Assembly: GCF_001194135.2 (NCBI RefSeq)
Contig: NC_068983.1
Location: 156,550,338-156,614,337, forward strand
Origin: Octopus bimaculoides
Taxonomy: Eukaryota
Length of the DNA stretch: 64,000 nt
Direction of reading: 5' to 3'
Shown here: one piece after another, positions 50,683-64,000 of the stretch
Position numbering within the stretch: position 1 is the first letter of the stretch
Layout: the number at the start of each line of letters is the position of its first letter
Translations under genes and position numbers: made by a program
Notes under the pieces: generated by a model
Told to the model about the DNA's origin: nothing
Databases searched by the model: none
Seen by the model: the letters and a program-made list of their open reading frames with translations, nothing else

Positions 50683-52259
50683 ACTCACAATTCATTGGTC
50701 AACACGAGGCTGTGCTAGATGTCACTTCCCCAACTTGTGCAGTGAGATCTAGGAGAAAAGCTACATAGCACGAAGGCAAACGCCGTCCCCACACTTATGT
50801 GTATCAATATACGGAAACTCTAATTTTTATTCTGACGAACGAAGTAACTGGAAAAAGTCTATCATTTAAATCAATTCAAGTTGAAATACAAGATTTATTA
50901 CAATGCAGAGAGAACATCAGGGATTGCTTTTATTGAAATTAAAATTTAACTACTGCAATACTAAAGTTTAAGATGTTGATATATTATAATAACAAATATT
51001 TAAACTACAGTGTGTATGGAGTATTCTTTACTCTCTCCTCGAAATTTCATTTTTGTTATTGTAGTTCTGATATAATGTAAAATAATGTAAAATATAGAAA
51101 CGTGAGTTACTATATAGAATAGTGTGTGCGTGTAGCGTTACGTACGTATCGACAGAGATTATATTACATAGGAATACATATCATGCTTCAGATGGAAATC
51201 TAAACAGAGAGGAAGCTTAATACATACATAAATACAGACAGTCATAGATTTTATAATATATAAAACATGTTGTGCTGGAGGTGTAGATAATAGAAAGAGT
51301 AGTTTTACATATATATATATATATAATCGTTATTTAAACAATATGAAGGTAGGGTGGAAGTTTTGAAACGAACACGCTACTACTGGCTGTATACAGAAGG
51401 TTTTTAACTCTACCGCTGCTACTACACCAACTACTATACACATTAATTTTCTGATTGCTACTACTATCATTATTCATAATACTAATATCACTATTTTTTC
51501 ACGACTTAAATAATGTTAAGTATGTCAGAAACGTTAACAATAGGGATGAAATTTTAAAAAAAATAATAAATAAAACTGAGTGAATGCACATTTTTTTTAT
51601 CTCTATATTATTGCTATTCTCATGTGCGGTTGTTTTGGGGTTATTTTTTACTGTTATTGTTCTTAATGTATTTCTACTATTATTATTGAAGTGGTTACTT
51701 GTAAGCTGCCGTTGTTCCTGATATTGTTGATGCTACAGCTAATGATGGTGGTGAAGGTCGAAGTGGTTGTCATCGTCGTCATCGTGGTGGTAAAAATAAA
51801 TGGCTGTTACGGTGGTGGCGGTGTTAGTGCTAGTGACTCTTTGTTATGATATTGTTTACATCTAATTTAGTATTTTTCATTATTTTTTTTCTTCCTTATT
51901 GAATATGAAACGATAAGACACAAACAAAAAGTGCCACAAAACNNNNNNNNNNCCTTATTGAATATAAAACGATAAGACACAAACAAAAAGTGCCACAAAA
52001 CATGTAAAATTGACAATGAAAGAAAAATGGAAATTTAAAAAGAAAAACCATTTTAACAACCGATGCATTAGATAAGATTTAAATAGTGTTAGTATCCAGG
52101 TGAAAGCTATCTTTCCAAGATATTAATTCTGTTTAATTTCTTTTTTTTAATCTGTTATTCTTTTATGAAAACACTTGAAATGTTTTAGGGAGTGAAAGAG
52201 AAGCGGATGCGAGAGGATTTGATAGAAAGAGAGATAAGTAAAGTTCAAACACATAAATA

Positions 52260-52634
52260 GAAGGAAATGCTTATGTATGTGTGTATATATGTATGTATAT
52301 ATGTATGTATGTATGTACGTACGTATGTACGTATGTATGTATGTATGTATATACGTACATATATACATAAATACATGCATAAATATGTAAGTGCCTGTAT
52401 TTATGCATGTCTATGTGGAAGTAAGGAAGTTATATATATGTAGATATATGCACACATAAATTCGTATATACACGTACATATATGCCTCTATATATATATA
52501 TGAATGTGTGTATCTATGTATGAATATATTTATATATATACACACATATATGTACACATGTATATATACACATATATATGCACACACACACATATATATA
52601 TACATATATATATATGCATATACACATAGACATA

Positions 52635-52720
<86 letters not shown>

Positions 52721-52872
52721 CATATATATGCATACATATATATACATGCATATATATATATATACATATATATATACATATATATATCTTTATATATATG
52801 TATATATATGTATATATATACATATACATATATATATGTATATACATACATATATATATACATATATATATG

Positions 52873-52908
<36 letters not shown>

Positions 52909-52915
52909 TATACAC
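52260..52915. repeat. Long degenerate (TA)/(TACA)/(TATG) microsatellite field
   Basis: Directly visible; source of the many poly-YI ORFs. Confidence 0.95.
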
Positions 52916-53318
52916 GCACATATGAATGCTTTTGTATACGTATATTTGTATGCAAAGTATTTCTTTTTTTCTATATGACTTTCAAAAGAAACAAAATTAA
53001 AAAATTAACTCTAAATTTATCCGACATTTTATGTTTGGTGATTTTGATAAAACGGTGTCTTTCATACAATTTTAATCATCATATACTACGAAATCATTAT
53101 ATCATAGAATGTTATTAAAATGGCTAGAAATACAAAAACCGCACAAAGTATGATTGCTTTGTTTTTAATTAGTTTGTGGCGCATGATGATATTACATTTA
53201 TAAATGGAACATTTTCAGGGTTAAGAAAAAACCATTTCGAGTAATATATACATATATTTTAGTGTGTATGTGCGTGTTGATACAAATGTGTTTTTCTATT
53301 CATATACGTGTGTGTGTG

Positions 53319-53366
<48 letters not shown>

Positions 53367-53391
53367 TATNNNNNNNNNNAGAGAGAGAGTT

Positions 53392-53431
<40 letters not shown>

Positions 53432-54369
53432 TGTATATGTTACCACATAAATTAATGTTCTGTTTTCTTTATAGTTGAATGTATATTAATGACTTGAGTG
53501 TATATACGTGTAAGTGTGCACGTATGTATTTTTTTTTTGTATGTATGCTTATATAATTTCTATACACATATGCATATATGGTGTATATATTTCCCCATAA
53601 ATATACAAACCAACATACATACATTTGTGTGTATATATGTATATACATATTTATGTATATATGCATATATATCTAAATATATGTATATAAATCTCTATAT
53701 ATATATATTTAACCATATATACACATACCTAATCAAAATCATATATATATATATATATTATATTATATCATATATTATATATACATTCATATACAAGTAC
53801 TAGTTTGAAAGTTAGTATTCAGAATTACATAATTCATTACATTTATGTATATATATATATATATATATATATNNNNNNNNNNNNNNNNNNNNNNNNNNNN
53901 NNNNNNNNNNNNNNNNNNNNNNNNNNNNNNNNNNNNNNNNNNNNNNNNNNNNNNNNNNNNNNNNNNNNNNNNNNNNNNNNNNNNNNNNNNNNNNNNNNNN
54001 NNNNNNNNNNNNNNNNNNNNNNNNNNNNNNNNNNNNNNNNNNNNNNNNNNNNNNNNNNNNNNNNNNNNNNNNNNNNNNNNNNNNNNNNNNNNNNNNNNNN
54101 NNNNNNNNNNNNNNNNNNNNNNNNNNNNNNNNNNNNNNNNNNNNNNNNNNNNNNNNNNNNNNNNNNNNNNNNNNNNNNNNNNNNNNNNNNNNNNNNNNNN
54201 NNNNNNNNNNNNNNNNNNNNNNNNNNNNNNNNNNNNNNNNNNTGTGTGTCTGCATATTTCTGTGTATTTGCTGATCTAGAGTTGGGTTAGGAACTAATAT
54301 CAAGTAAAAGTGCCTGCAACTAAATATATTTGTTCTCTCTTTACAATTTCTACGTTAACTTTTTACAAC

Positions 54370-54575
54370 GATAATCTTACAAAATGCTTAGAGTTTTCGT
54401 TTCGGTTCTTGACATTCTGAGTTCAAATACTACCAAAGTCAACTTCACCTTTTATCCCACGCTACTTGATAAAATAATGTTGGTAAAATAAAGTACCAAA
54501 CAAATATTAGTGTCGATAAAATTCACTCTTTCTTCCCCTCAGATTTTCTGCCTTGTTCCTATGTTGCAGATGTAT
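54370..54575 (+). mobile_element. Diverged SINE family 1 copy
   Basis: ttctgagttcaaatact..aagtcaacttc..aaagtacca..gtgtcgat..gccttgttcctat parallels the reverse complement of 4381-4597. Confidence 0.6.
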
Positions 54576-54989
54576 TTTGTCATCTCCTGAGTCTGGTAAA
54601 GGAATATAAAATATACGTCAGCAACGGTTTTTGATCGTATTTTGTATTTTGTATCTTGCTACCACCAATAAATAAATGTCTTCTTTTTTCCTTTAATTAC
54701 AAACCCGTTGCTATATCACAAAGGTCAATCAATGAAATTTTAGAATGAGTGATATTTAGCATTCATTCTCTCAACGGAAACTTATTGTTTGCATTAGAAA
54801 ATAATAAAGTATCAGGGCAGATAAAAGAAAGCATTACTAGATCCCATTACTATTGATTCAGTTTAAAATTTTCCGTGAAAGCTGCTTTCCTTTTTTGTTT
54901 TCCTTCCTCCGTGATGTATATAGAAAACATTAAACACAACACCATCATTATTTTGCAGTGTTTAGTTACGAAATACATCTTTGTCTAGA

Positions 54990-55700
54990 ATTAGATGAAA
55001 CACAACTAGTGAATTTTACACAAAACCACATGCATCCGTTAGATCTTACTCTGCTTACCACTGATGTCTGCTACGAAGTTTTTAATATGATGAAAGAAGT
55101 TTTTAATACATTTAAGTTATCGGCTAGCTCAAAACAGTGTTGTTACTGCGTATGGGAAGACGCTATTTCGAAAGATTTTGATTGTCCAGGGAACACTCTA
55201 CATCGGCAATTACAGGCAATGAACTTATTCCTTGGAAATATCAGAGGTTTATACGAATAATCCTTTAAGGTATAGATAGAAGGATATATTTGGGAGCTGA
55301 TTTGTGTGTGTGGGAGGGGTGTAAGGTGTAGTAATAAAAGCAAGTTTGCAAGCCTTCTCAAAGGGTTTGTCACGAGTATAGTCATATTGTTCAGGGGAGT
55401 GATGATGACCAAGAAGTGAAAACATTTCTGGGAAACCATATATTCTCCACGAATATTTTTAGGACATAAACTTAGAAATAAATTGCCAAGTTATTCACCG
55501 ACATATGCTTGTTCAGTAGTAGTGCAACAACCCTGGCGTGACAACTACATAATCAAAATTGTTCACACCGTAACCATCTATGACCTTATTATCGAACGCA
55601 GCTGTTTATTTTTCAACGATGAGTTTCATTCGAGGGAGATTTTGTTGCGGTTTCTCGAAGGTTTCTCAGCTATTTAGATGTTCAGTTACTGCATCACGAC
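54990..55700 (-). mobile_element. Possible very decayed Tc1/mariner transposase
   Basis: Only weak resemblance: ETFEKP.., MFSLLGH..DKPFEK and a DLT motif. Many stops. Confidence 0.2.
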
Positions 55701-57099
55701 CTTCCATTGGACCGTAACTCTTGGATTTTAGTTCAAATATCGCACAGTTTTAATTTCGTAAGGAAGGGAAAAAAGAAATAAATAAAATATCGTCAAGTTA
55801 TACAATAAATATTTTATATGAAACAAAATTGTTTCGTTTACAGAACAAAGCAACTAGCTGTTTCAATGAAAAATAGAAAGAAAATAATTTTAGCATTTCT
55901 TTGGCATTTGGCATTTGGCTTGAGGTTGAATTTCTTTGTTAATAATATTTTACACCTGCTCAAGTGTTCGAAAAGTGAGCAAGATTTTGTCGCTTTTACC
56001 ATAATTTTTAATAGTTGTATTTTATTTCGAGTATCATTTAAAAGCTGTATAAATTTATAAATTTAGTGATTAAAAAAAGTTCGAAGAAATTTTTTTTTAT
56101 TGTAATCTTGGTATCAAACCGTCAATGTTAAGATGCCTCTATAATGGTTAAATTTTCAATAAATTGCCAATGAGTGCCGAGGTTAGAAGAATGTGATTTT
56201 CAAGTCGAAGTTGTTTCCAATCAATGAAAATTAATGCTTTACAAATTCTACTGAAATANNNNNNNNNNNNNNNNNNNNNNNNNNNNNNNNNNNNNNNNNN
56301 NNNNNNNNNNNNNNNNNNNNNNNNNNNNNNNNNNNNNNNNNNNNNNNNNNNNNNNNNNNNNNNNNNNNNNNNNNNNNNNNNNNNNNNNNNNNNNNNNNNN
56401 NNNNNNNNNNNNNNNNNNNNNNNNNNNNNNNNNNNNNNNNNNNNNNNNNNNNNNNNNNNNNNNNNNNNNNNNNNNNNNNNNNNNNNNNNNNNNNNNNNNN
56501 NNNNNNNNNNNNNNNNNNNNNNNNNNNNNNNNNNNNNNNNNNNNNNNNNNNNNNNNNNNNNNNNNNNNNNNNNNNNNNNNNNNNNNNNNNNNNNNNNNNN
56601 NNNNNNNNNNNNNNNNNNNNNNNNNNNNNNNNNNNNNNNNNNNNNNNNNNNNNNNNNNNNNNNNNNNNNNNNNNNNNNNNNNNNNNNNNNNNNNNNNNNN
56701 NNNNNNNNNNNNNNNNNNNNNNNNNNNNNNNNNNNNNNNNNNNNNNNNNNNNNNNNNNNNNNNNNNNNNNNNNNNNNNNNNNNNNNNNNNNNNNNNNNNN
56801 NNNNNNNNNNNNNNNNNNNNNNNNNNNNNNNNNNNNNNNNNNNNNNNNNNNNNNNNNNNNNNNNNNNNNNNNNNNNNNNNNNNNNNNNNNNNNNNNNNNN
56901 NNNNNNNNNNNNNNNNNNNNNNNNNNNNNNNNNNNNNNNNNNNNNNNNNNNNNNNNNNNNNNNNNNNNNNNNNNNNNNNNNNNNNNNNNNNNNNNNNNNN
57001 NNNNNNNNNNNNNNNNNNNNNNNNNNNNNNNNNNNNATATATATAACGGGGTGAAGAGAAAGAACACAAGGAGAAAATGCTAGACGGAAACCTAACGGA

Positions 57100-57545
57100 C
57101 ACAAAATTTAGGCAAAGATACAATATGCAGAATATTCACAGCTGATTTTTCCTCGTCAGTCAATGACCCAAACTATCATAGTCGTTTTGTGCCATTTAGC
57201 ATAGAGACAACTCAATTTTGGAGGGGCCAGTGCTCTTATTAAGCTCTGGGAAAAAAAAGCTAGTTAATGTTTACTAAGACAGAAACTAACAAGGCATTAT
57301 ATAAATACAGCAGACAAAGAATTATGCATATATAACTACACGAAGCCTTACGGATATATATACAACGGAAAGAAAAAAAAGATTATACGTGTACCACAGA
57401 TACAACAGAAAATAACTTTGCAGCTATCGAACGAACTTAGTCGGTTGGCGCAAAGATCAAATGGAGAAAGTCCTAGAGGACATAGCAGGAGCCCAGACCA
57501 GCATGACCAGCAATTTCAGAAAAATAGATCCTTAAATTTCGTTAT
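57100..57545 (+). mobile_element. Possible decayed LINE endonuclease-region fragment
   Basis: Weak SNGE.VLEDI..SNF.K resemblance to RTE-type APE domains. Confidence 0.2.
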
Positions 57546-57631
57546 ATATTTCCAGTACCGATTTGTCTAGGTATGTTGCTTCACTGCATAATTTTGGAAG
57601 GTCTACTACACTTTTGCACCACCTACACACA

Positions 57632-57713
<82 letters not shown>

Positions 57714-57766
57714 NNNNNNNNNNNNNNNNNNNNNNNNNNNNNNNNNNNNNNNNNNNNNNNNNNNNN

Positions 57767-57798
<32 letters not shown>

Positions 57799-57929
57799 GT
57801 TAGGGGGGAGAGCGCGCGTGTGGGTGTGTGTGTTTATGTGTGCGTGTGTTTAATAGGTTGAACCAAAAGGATGCGTTCTGGATGTGGTCCAGTATTCCAA
57901 AACAAACCGATATAAACTGCAATTAATGT

Positions 57930-58990
57930 TTCTCCTGAAGAGCTGCTAACCGTTGGCTCTAACGAAAACTATTTAGTTGCCGGGAAACTTCCCGAGTAAC
58001 GATATTGTAGGGAAGAAGCGCTTTAATGTTTAGTATTTAATGCTTCGCCTAAGGGTGGACACAACATGAATAACGAGAGAAGAAAAGACAAGTAAATAAT
58101 TCGACAGTGTCTGAATGAAGAGCACTTGACTAACTACTTTCAGGGAGTGGAAGCCACTGTTGTAACAAAATCAAATGCTTGCAGAGGAGGCACCACAACT
58201 GTAAGGCACTGTCATTCATTCCATCGAATGGAGTCTTTTAGGGTGTGGTCTAAAATGTCTGTATGTGTATCGGCGGAAATGATCGTTATGAGATTCACCA
58301 GGCATTTATAGAGGAAAGCCAGCTTTTGTGGTGCACACTTCACAAAGCGATTTCGCCACTAAAGTATCATCAGAGATTAGTAGTGACTTTGTGTGTCTAA
58401 GTTGCATGCTGATCATATTTACGGAGGTGTTGAAATTGTTTATTGATATGTGTAATGATTGAACATTTTTAACTCGGAGCTAAGTTTGACAAAACTCGTT
58501 GATTAATGTTTTCGATGTCTTATTCTGTGGACTCAGTGTACGTATGGAGTCAGGTATCTAGAGTTTATGTGGAAGATATTTGCGGAATTGTATCATCTAA
58601 GAGTTATTGTATGTGACAGCAAGTCAATGATTTAAAGGAGGGAAAGTATGGAAGGCGAAAGTGGCAATGAATTAGAGGAAGCAACATCAGCACTGTTGCG
58701 GCAGTGCTGCCTGACCGGAAGCTCTCAATGAATGAAATCCATAAGTGAGTAATTTGGCCAGAAGATTTAGCAGAGGTGATCGCGTTGTACCAGCAGTTGT
58801 AAGTTTGAGTGATGTCGAGAACAACATATGTATCTTCAAAGTTTCCGTGAGACCAAAAACCCACTGACTGTTGACATAACAGTGCAGTTTTCCGATCTGG
58901 ATTTCTTAAAGCGTTACTGGTTGTAGGGCGGCTATTAAGGAAGGAAGAAGATTGAAAGAGTTTCAGGAGGATGTTGAAAAATGACAACTG
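57930..58990 (-). mobile_element. Decayed CR1/L2/Jockey-group LINE RT
   Basis: NFEDTYVVLDITQTYNCWYNA..LWISFIESFRSG resembles FAVALDISKAFDRVWH..ISSFLSDR; LDDT (YADD-like) and KRFFPTISLLGKFP (NSFFPRT..WNSLP-like) occur in collinear order. Confidence 0.5.
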
Positions 58991-59381
58991 TTTATTTCAT
59001 TCGTCCCCTTATAGTAAATCAGCATGAAAACCTGAGTTGATGTCGCACGGCACCAGCCCAGTTAAAAACAAAATATCTGCATTACCAAGATTCTTATATG
59101 TTCCTACTCCTTGTCTTTCCTCTCCACAAACCTCCCATTGTTTGTCTTCCTCCCCTTTTCTTTCTTCTAGTTTTACCTTTTCTGCTTCTTCTTAAGTCAG
59201 TCCAAGTTTGTCTTTTGGCTCCTAACCACGTTCTCTTGTCTCCCAAACATTTTAAATCCCTTCAAAATAACTTAACTCTAATCTTAACTTAAGGTCTCTG
59301 CTAATTCTTGTTATGATTTGTAAACCCCAAACAGTTATTACTACCAAATTAAAATCTAAATAATCGGTATGCTTCATATTA

Positions 59382-59526
59382 ATTTATCACTTTCTAACCC
59401 TCTTTTTGTCATCCCTTTCATATCCGCATACTTCATCTTTCTTTTTCCTTCGCCTTCATTTCCTTTAACTGCCCCTCTTCCTCCTCCCCCAACTCATTAT
59501 TTGATATTTATCCTTTACTTGTTTCA
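59382..59526 (+). repeat. 145-bp left arm of an inverted pair with 60156-60300
   Basis: atttatcactttctaaccctct..atatccgc.tacttcatctttctttttccttcgccttc..tttatcctttacttgtttca has a reverse-complement match at 60156-60300. Confidence 0.9.
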
Positions 59527-59539
59527 GTAAAGGCTTCAG

Positions 59540-59870
59540 TATGCAATGGGAAAGAAGGTTTGATGTTGTATATACTAAGGCTTGCCTCTTTTTCTTAGTT
59601 TTGAATATTAAAATTACTTTTTTCCCCCTAATTAGCCTTCTTTCAGTATGTCATTAAAGCTGCTTTATTGGAAGAGCATCCCATCTAAATATTTCAACCA
59701 CTTATTTAGAATGTCGTAGCGTCTTTCAGTCGTTAGTTGTTGTGGTTTTTCAGTATTTGGATTACTCCTATACCTCGTGCCACGGCGTGGTTCAAATGCT
59801 GTTTTTGTTGTTTCCAACAATTTTCTCAATTGTAAATCCTTTAACGTTCCCCGAATATTATCCACGTTCT
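59540..59870 (-). mobile_element. Possible R4/Dong-like pre-RT fragment
   Basis: Frameshifted similarity to the NFWK..W..NENA.WIK..KDI region of the 19.4-kb element. Weak. Confidence 0.35.
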
Positions 59871-59871
59871 C

Positions 59872-60178
59872 TTGTGGTAAAGAAGTTCGTTTTGCAACCA
59901 GGTGGTCCGGGTCCAGTCGTACTGCGCAGTAGCGATGGCTAGTGTCTTCTACTATTCCCCCGGGCTGAACAATGCCTTGTGAGTGAATTTAGAAGAGGGC
60001 AACTATGTGGAAGGTTTTTGTATGTGTGTGTGTGTGTGAATGTGATTGTGTTTACTCCCACGTTTTAACAACCGGTGTTGGTTAGTTTACGTTTCTGTAA
60101 TTTAGCGGTTCAACACAAGAGGTTGAATTATTAAGTGCCGCGGTTAAAAACTAAGTGAAACAAGTAAAGGATAAAGAT
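59872..60178 (+). mobile_element. SINE family 2, near full length (tRNA head, (TG)n, 3' part)
   Basis: gtggtaaagaagttcg..ccgggtccagtc..gtgtcttctactat..gccttgtgagtg..(tg)n..aaccggtgttgg..ttagcggttc..gaaacaagtaaagg. Confidence 0.7.
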
Positions 60179-60989
60179 CAAATAATGAGTAGAGGGAGGA
60201 GGAGAAGGGGAAGTAAAAGGAAAAGAAGGCGAAGGAAAAAGAAAGATGAAGTAAGCGGATATGAAAGGGGTGACAAAGAGAGGGTTAGAAAGTGATAAAT
60301 CAATATAAAATCAAAATAAAATAAAATCACTTTAGTCTGAATGTAAAATGCTTGATTTGTTCAAACAAGCCTTGGCATTTCTCATGCTGAAGTAGATTTT
60401 ACGATTTGGTGAGACTCTATTCCGTACGTTCTTTGATATCAGATACTTCATTTTTGTTTTTGTTCTCTTATTTCTGTTATTTTTCTTCTTTTTTTTGTGA
60501 GACATGTTCTTTATTTCTTGATTTCATCAGAAATTGAGTTTCTTTCTCTTGTTTTTTTTATCTTGTTTGTATTTGCATTTTATGTTATTTTCACGTGCAT
60601 TATTATTCTCATTTTAACGTATCTGTAGGTCTAACCACTTTTATTTGTAAATGCAGTGGTTACTGTATAAAATTTCGTTTGTGTCAACAGCTAAATATTA
60701 TCTTTGAATTTTTGTTGGTCCTTAGGAAGATATGCCGTTTGTTATTAATTAATTATTTCCTGCTTTATATGTCATGGCTATGGATTTTCCATTCTTAAGC
60801 TAACCTTATACTCCTATTTACATTTTCATTTCTGTTATACTAAATTAGATTTGCTGGTCCGAAACCTTTTTTTAAAAAATATTCTATTTAAATTTTCATA
60901 TTTTTCGCTTCGGAAACGTATATGCATAAGTTAGTTAGTGATTGAGGAACATCCAAACTTTTTTCCCCTCCGAGCTTTATGAAAATATA

Positions 60990-61185
60990 TTGGTTTCAAA
61001 TTTTGGTACAAAGCCAGCAATTTCTAAGATTACATCCATCCCAGTGTTCAACTAGTACTTCAACCCCCAAAATGATGAATGGCAAAGTCTACCTTAGTAG
61101 AATTTGAACTCGTAACCTAAAGACGGTCGAAATGCCGCTAAGCATGTTACCTGGCGAGGTAACGATTCGACCAGCTTACTACCTT
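60990..61185 (-). mobile_element. SINE family 1 copy
   Basis: gatgaatggcaaagtc.acct..gaatttgaact..gctaagcat..aacgattc..cctt matches 4470-4597. Confidence 0.7.
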
Positions 61186-61615
61186 AATTTATACGAATAC
61201 GTATAATGTCTCTGTAAAATATGCATGTTGAATAAAAGCATATTAGTCTCGCATTCATTTATATCATTACAATCATTAATTGTACAATTAGTGAGTCAAC
61301 TCCGGCTTTTCCTTAGATTGTCATCCTTTTCGTCAGTCGAGTTTTACATGCGCCAATTTTGGTATTTCTTATACACGGTTTTTTATTAGACATATTTGTC
61401 AGTTTGGCTTGTTTTGTTCTCTTGAGCCCAATTGTTCTGGTATTGATATGTTCAGTGTACCAACGTTTATACACTCGTACTATGTGATCGCCGAATATGA
61501 TCATTTGAAATATATCTATAATGTATATAAGTAGTAATGATTTTTGTCAGAGCGGCAACTAACATTTTCTAAGTTAGTTGTGCACCTTCATTATACATCA
61601 CTTGTGATGAATTTT

Positions 61616-61655
<40 letters not shown>

Positions 61656-61696
61656 GTATTATTATTATTATTATTATTATTGTTATTATTATTATT
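61616..61696. repeat. (ATC)n(ATT)n array at the 3' end of the minus-strand R4/Dong-like element
   Basis: Directly visible. Confidence 0.95.
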
Positions 61697-63960
61697 TTCT
61701 CTTTATCACAGGTGTCGTTGGAATTCCTGGAGTTTTGCATGCATAGCGGGCTTACTACAGTACCCTGCTATCTGTTCTTTTCAGCTATCTAATATTTTCC
61801 TGATTATTCTAGCCGTGCCAAGGAAATAAACCTTTTGTGACAGTTCTACTGGACACTCTATTCCAATTTCATTTATATTCCTCTTGATGCCTTCTGATAT
61901 AGTTCCCATGGACCCAACAATTATTGATACTATATTTGCCTTCATTTTCCATTGCCGGGTTGTTTCATATTTAAGAGGGTTGTATTTATCTATCTATCTT
62001 TTCGCCTTCCTTCTTCACTGTTCATGGGTAAAAGGAGCATGCAACCTCAACTATATAGCACATGTGGCGCACCTCCACTAGATCCGGTCTGTTATGCTTT
62101 AGCATCTGATCTTTTTGGATTAGGAAATCCTAGAGGATTTTGCTAGTCTCCGACTCTGCCACCCTCTGCGGTTTGTGCTCATATCACGTCTTGCCTCTCT
62201 CTATCCCCCACGTTTCACACAATGTAACACTTTCGCTACCTGATAGTATCGCCACAATTTGTAGTGGTTTTGCGCATGTCTAGAGCATTCGTTCGTGACA
62301 TGGTTTCAGTAGTTTCATCCACTATATTACAGATGCAGCACAGTGGAGACACTTGCCCATTCCTAAGGTTGACACTCCAGTTCATGGCCAAAACTAGGTC
62401 TTGCTCTGCCAGTATATTGCTCTCGGTCTCTTTTTCAGGGTTCTTTTCATCAGCCAATCTCACGTTAGGAGCTTTCTTGACTTCTTGTCCGTCTGTTTTA
62501 GTTCCTCCTCAATCCACTTCAGGATTCCAGCGCCATACCGAACTACTGCGACAGCGCGCGAGTTTATTGCCGAAATTATGTTTCTGGCATTCAGCTTTTC
62601 TCACTCACCGCATGTTCTCTCTTTTTGTCTTTTCCTTCATGTCGTGGTGTTTGATTCTATCTGCCTCAAGTATTCCCACGTATTTATGGCTGGATTGAGG
62701 TTCAATCGCCTTCATCATTTCACCACTTTGCAACCATATGCCTACTGTCATGGAAAGTTTTCCTCGTTTCATCACCATCGTAGCATATTTTGAGAGTCCA
62801 AACTCCATCTTAATATCATTCGAGAAAATCTGAAGACTGGAGTAGACTGTCCAGTCCTGACTCAGTTTTTGTGAATAGCTTCGGGGCGTCCATGAATAGC
62901 AAGTGGTTCAGTTTTCCCTTACCTCTCCCCAGATCATACCCCAACTTTGTTTGTTTTCTGTAGTATTACATTCAAGGAGATCATTCCCAGCACAAATATC
63001 AATAGGGACACAAAGTCCCTCTGAAAAATTTCTCTCTTGATTTTCACCTCTCCTAATACTTGATTTCCTGTTGTCAATTCCGTTCTCCAGCATTTCATGC
63101 TATTCCATATAAGGCTTCTCATATTTTATGCTACTCCATACATTTTCATTATTCTTTTTATCTTGGAGCGTGGTGTCATATTGTATGCATTGCGATAGTC
63201 AACCCATGTCATGGTCAGGTTTGTATGTCTTCTCTTTCAGTTCCTGATAATTAGATTATCAATTAAGAGTTGATCCTTCCTTAACCCGCTCCTTTTTCGG
63301 CACCCTTTCTGTTCAATGGGTAGTAGTTCACTTTTTTCCAAGTATCTGTACAGTTCACAACCAATGCACCTGACATTAGTTTCTACATTAGCGGAAAGCA
63401 TGTTGTTGGTCTAAAGTTGAATGCAACACTTCCCTATTCAGGATCCTTGACACACAACGATATCTTTTCCTCTATCATCCAGCTGGGTATTGAGCTTCCT
63501 CCAAGCACTCATCTAGCTGTTGTGCTATCCTTTCATGGAACCCTCTCAGCTTCTTCATACAATAACCTTGGATCCCATCCGGTCCTGGGCTCTTCCAATT
63601 TGGGGATTTTCTTGACTTCTTTTTTATCATTTCTGCAGCTATCTTTATATCTTCTTGGACTTCTATATTGTTTAACCTATCTTGGAATTCATGCAGCCAC
63701 TCTGCTTCATCATTATGCTCTACAGGTCGGTATTCCAAGAATACCTTTGCTCTCCTCTGCATCTGGTATAATTGTTCTTTTTTTCTTCTTCTATTGTCAC
63801 ATCTTTCCAGTTTTGCTTTGATTGCTACTATTCTTTGTTTCAATTCTTCCAATATCACATTACAACCTTTATCTCTTATTCTATACGTTCTTTCCAGCAT
63901 AATTTTTATGCTTTCGTTCTGTTTGTCCCCTCTTCTCAATCTATCAACTTGTCCTGAATG
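61697..63960 (-). mobile_element. Decayed R4/Dong-like RLE LINE (pre-RT to 3' end, with internal deletions)
   Basis: LEELKQRIVAIKAKLER..HNDEAEWL..PNWKSPGPDGIQGY..NFRPTTC..EVKIKREIFQRD..LNHLLFMD..MEFGLSK..KYVGILEAD..PLCCICNIVDET; ends at (AAT)n on its sense strand. Confidence 0.85.
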
Positions 63961-64000
63961 TCTGTGGGTGTGTGCGTGCGTGTGAGTGGGTGTAAGTATG

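Noticed and set aside
51894-52001. 49-bp direct repeat across a 10-N gap
   Set aside because: Same artefact pattern; the single difference suggests allelic reads. Not a CRISPR repeat or a TSD.
44074-57123. Long ORFs (poly-ER, poly-YI, poly-X) in the ORF track, here and elsewhere in the window
   Set aside because: All run through microsatellites or N-gaps; no real protein signal.

Overview
This is AT-rich, microsatellite-dense eukaryotic DNA with many N-gaps. The tRNA-derived SINEs and LINE families resemble those of octopus/coleoid cephalopods; that taxon is my inference from recognition, not a database search. I found no host protein-coding exon, rRNA, tRNA gene or CRISPR array in the 64 kb, so it reads as a large intron or intergenic region. 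It is filled with decayed transposons: R4/Dong-like restriction-like-endonuclease (RLE) LINEs, one CRE-like LINE, CR1/L2-group LINEs, Penelope-like (GIY-YIG) fragments, Tc1/mariner remnants and SINEs. Most ORFs in the supplied track are microsatellite or N-gap artefacts. Two patterns stand out. (1) R4/Dong-like elements end in (AAT)n on their sense strand, including a co-oriented stack of six truncated copies at about 33.5-37.4 kb and a non-coding ~500-bp passenger element. (2) There is an unusual number of fold-back/inverted-repeat structures (16.0-18.4, 18.8, 29.0-29.4, 42.8-43.5, 43.8-44.1, 45.9-46.1 and 59.4-60.3 kb), two of which share a TATTGCTAGAAA terminal motif. I see no firm evidence for a new protein-coding system. 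Coordinates of decayed elements are approximate (tens of bp).
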